Shown: one piece after another, positions 63,649 through 64,000 of the stretch
Layout: the number at the start of each line of letters is the position of its first letter
Position numbering within the stretch: the stretch's first letter is position 1
From: Squalus acanthias
Taxonomy: Eukaryota
DNA length: 64,000 bases
NCBI GenBank assembly: GCA_030390025.1
Contig: CM059432.1
Coordinates: 42,162,001 to 42,226,000, forward strand
Direction of reading: 5' to 3'
The notes under the pieces: generated by a model
Told to the model about the DNA's origin: nothing
Database searches by the model: none
The model's input: the letters and a program-made list of their open reading frames with translations, nothing else
Translations under genes and position numbers: made by a program

Positions 63649-64000
63649 GGGCTGGATTTTCATTGACCCGTGGAGGTGGGTTTGGAGGCGTGTGGGAGGT
63701 TAAAATTGCGAAAACTGGTGGGCGGGCACAAGCCCGCCTCCATCCCGCCTCCACGCAATTTTCATTAAATCGTGTCTGCTGGTCCCGACTCTGTCCCGCC
63801 TCTAAGAGGCGGGATAGGCTGTTAAGGCCCTTAACAAGCACTAAATTGCCTCTATAATACCATTTTGAAAGGCCTTTGTGATTTTAACCCTTTTTCTACG
63901 TGAAGCACGCCTGTTCTGAACCACGAATGTGAAACCTGGCGGGCGGACATTTGGTTGGCTGGCTGGCTGGCTGGCTGGCTGGATGACATATCTGGGAGTG
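63649..64000. mobile_element. Terminus of another Harbinger related to 12745-15998, running off the window
   Basis: AAA|GGGCTGGATTTTC; 63660-63890 is the reverse complement of 15760-15998. Confidence 0.9.
63951..63982 (+). repeat. (GGCT)n microsatellite
   Basis: Direct tetramer repeats. Confidence 0.9.

Overview
Eukaryotic, repeat-dense sequence with no recognisable host gene; it is intergenic or intronic. The repeat set (a SacSINE1-type DeuSINE, CR1 copies with (TTCTATGT)n/(ACTCTATG)n tails, L2, RTE, Penelope remnants) suggests a cartilaginous fish, which is an inference. The window is dominated by PIF/Harbinger DNA transposons. One is a full-length but dead element (48280-53564) with a transposase and a convergent 3-exon Myb/SANT-coiled-coil gene. 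A related copy (12745-15998) kept the Myb gene but lost the transposase core. There are several other Myb/transposase remnants and many MITEs with 3-bp TSDs. Other elements include two solo LTRs with 4-bp TSDs, a pre-tRNA-Arg(ACG)/CR1-tail chimera (a candidate nascent SINE), a LINE whose 5' end is a tRNA-like Pol III head, a minimal hammerhead ribozyme in a Penelope-like terminus, and local templated duplications near CR1 junctions. Most ORFs in the supplied track are TE fragments or spurious. All calls are by eye; boundaries without a TSD are approximate.
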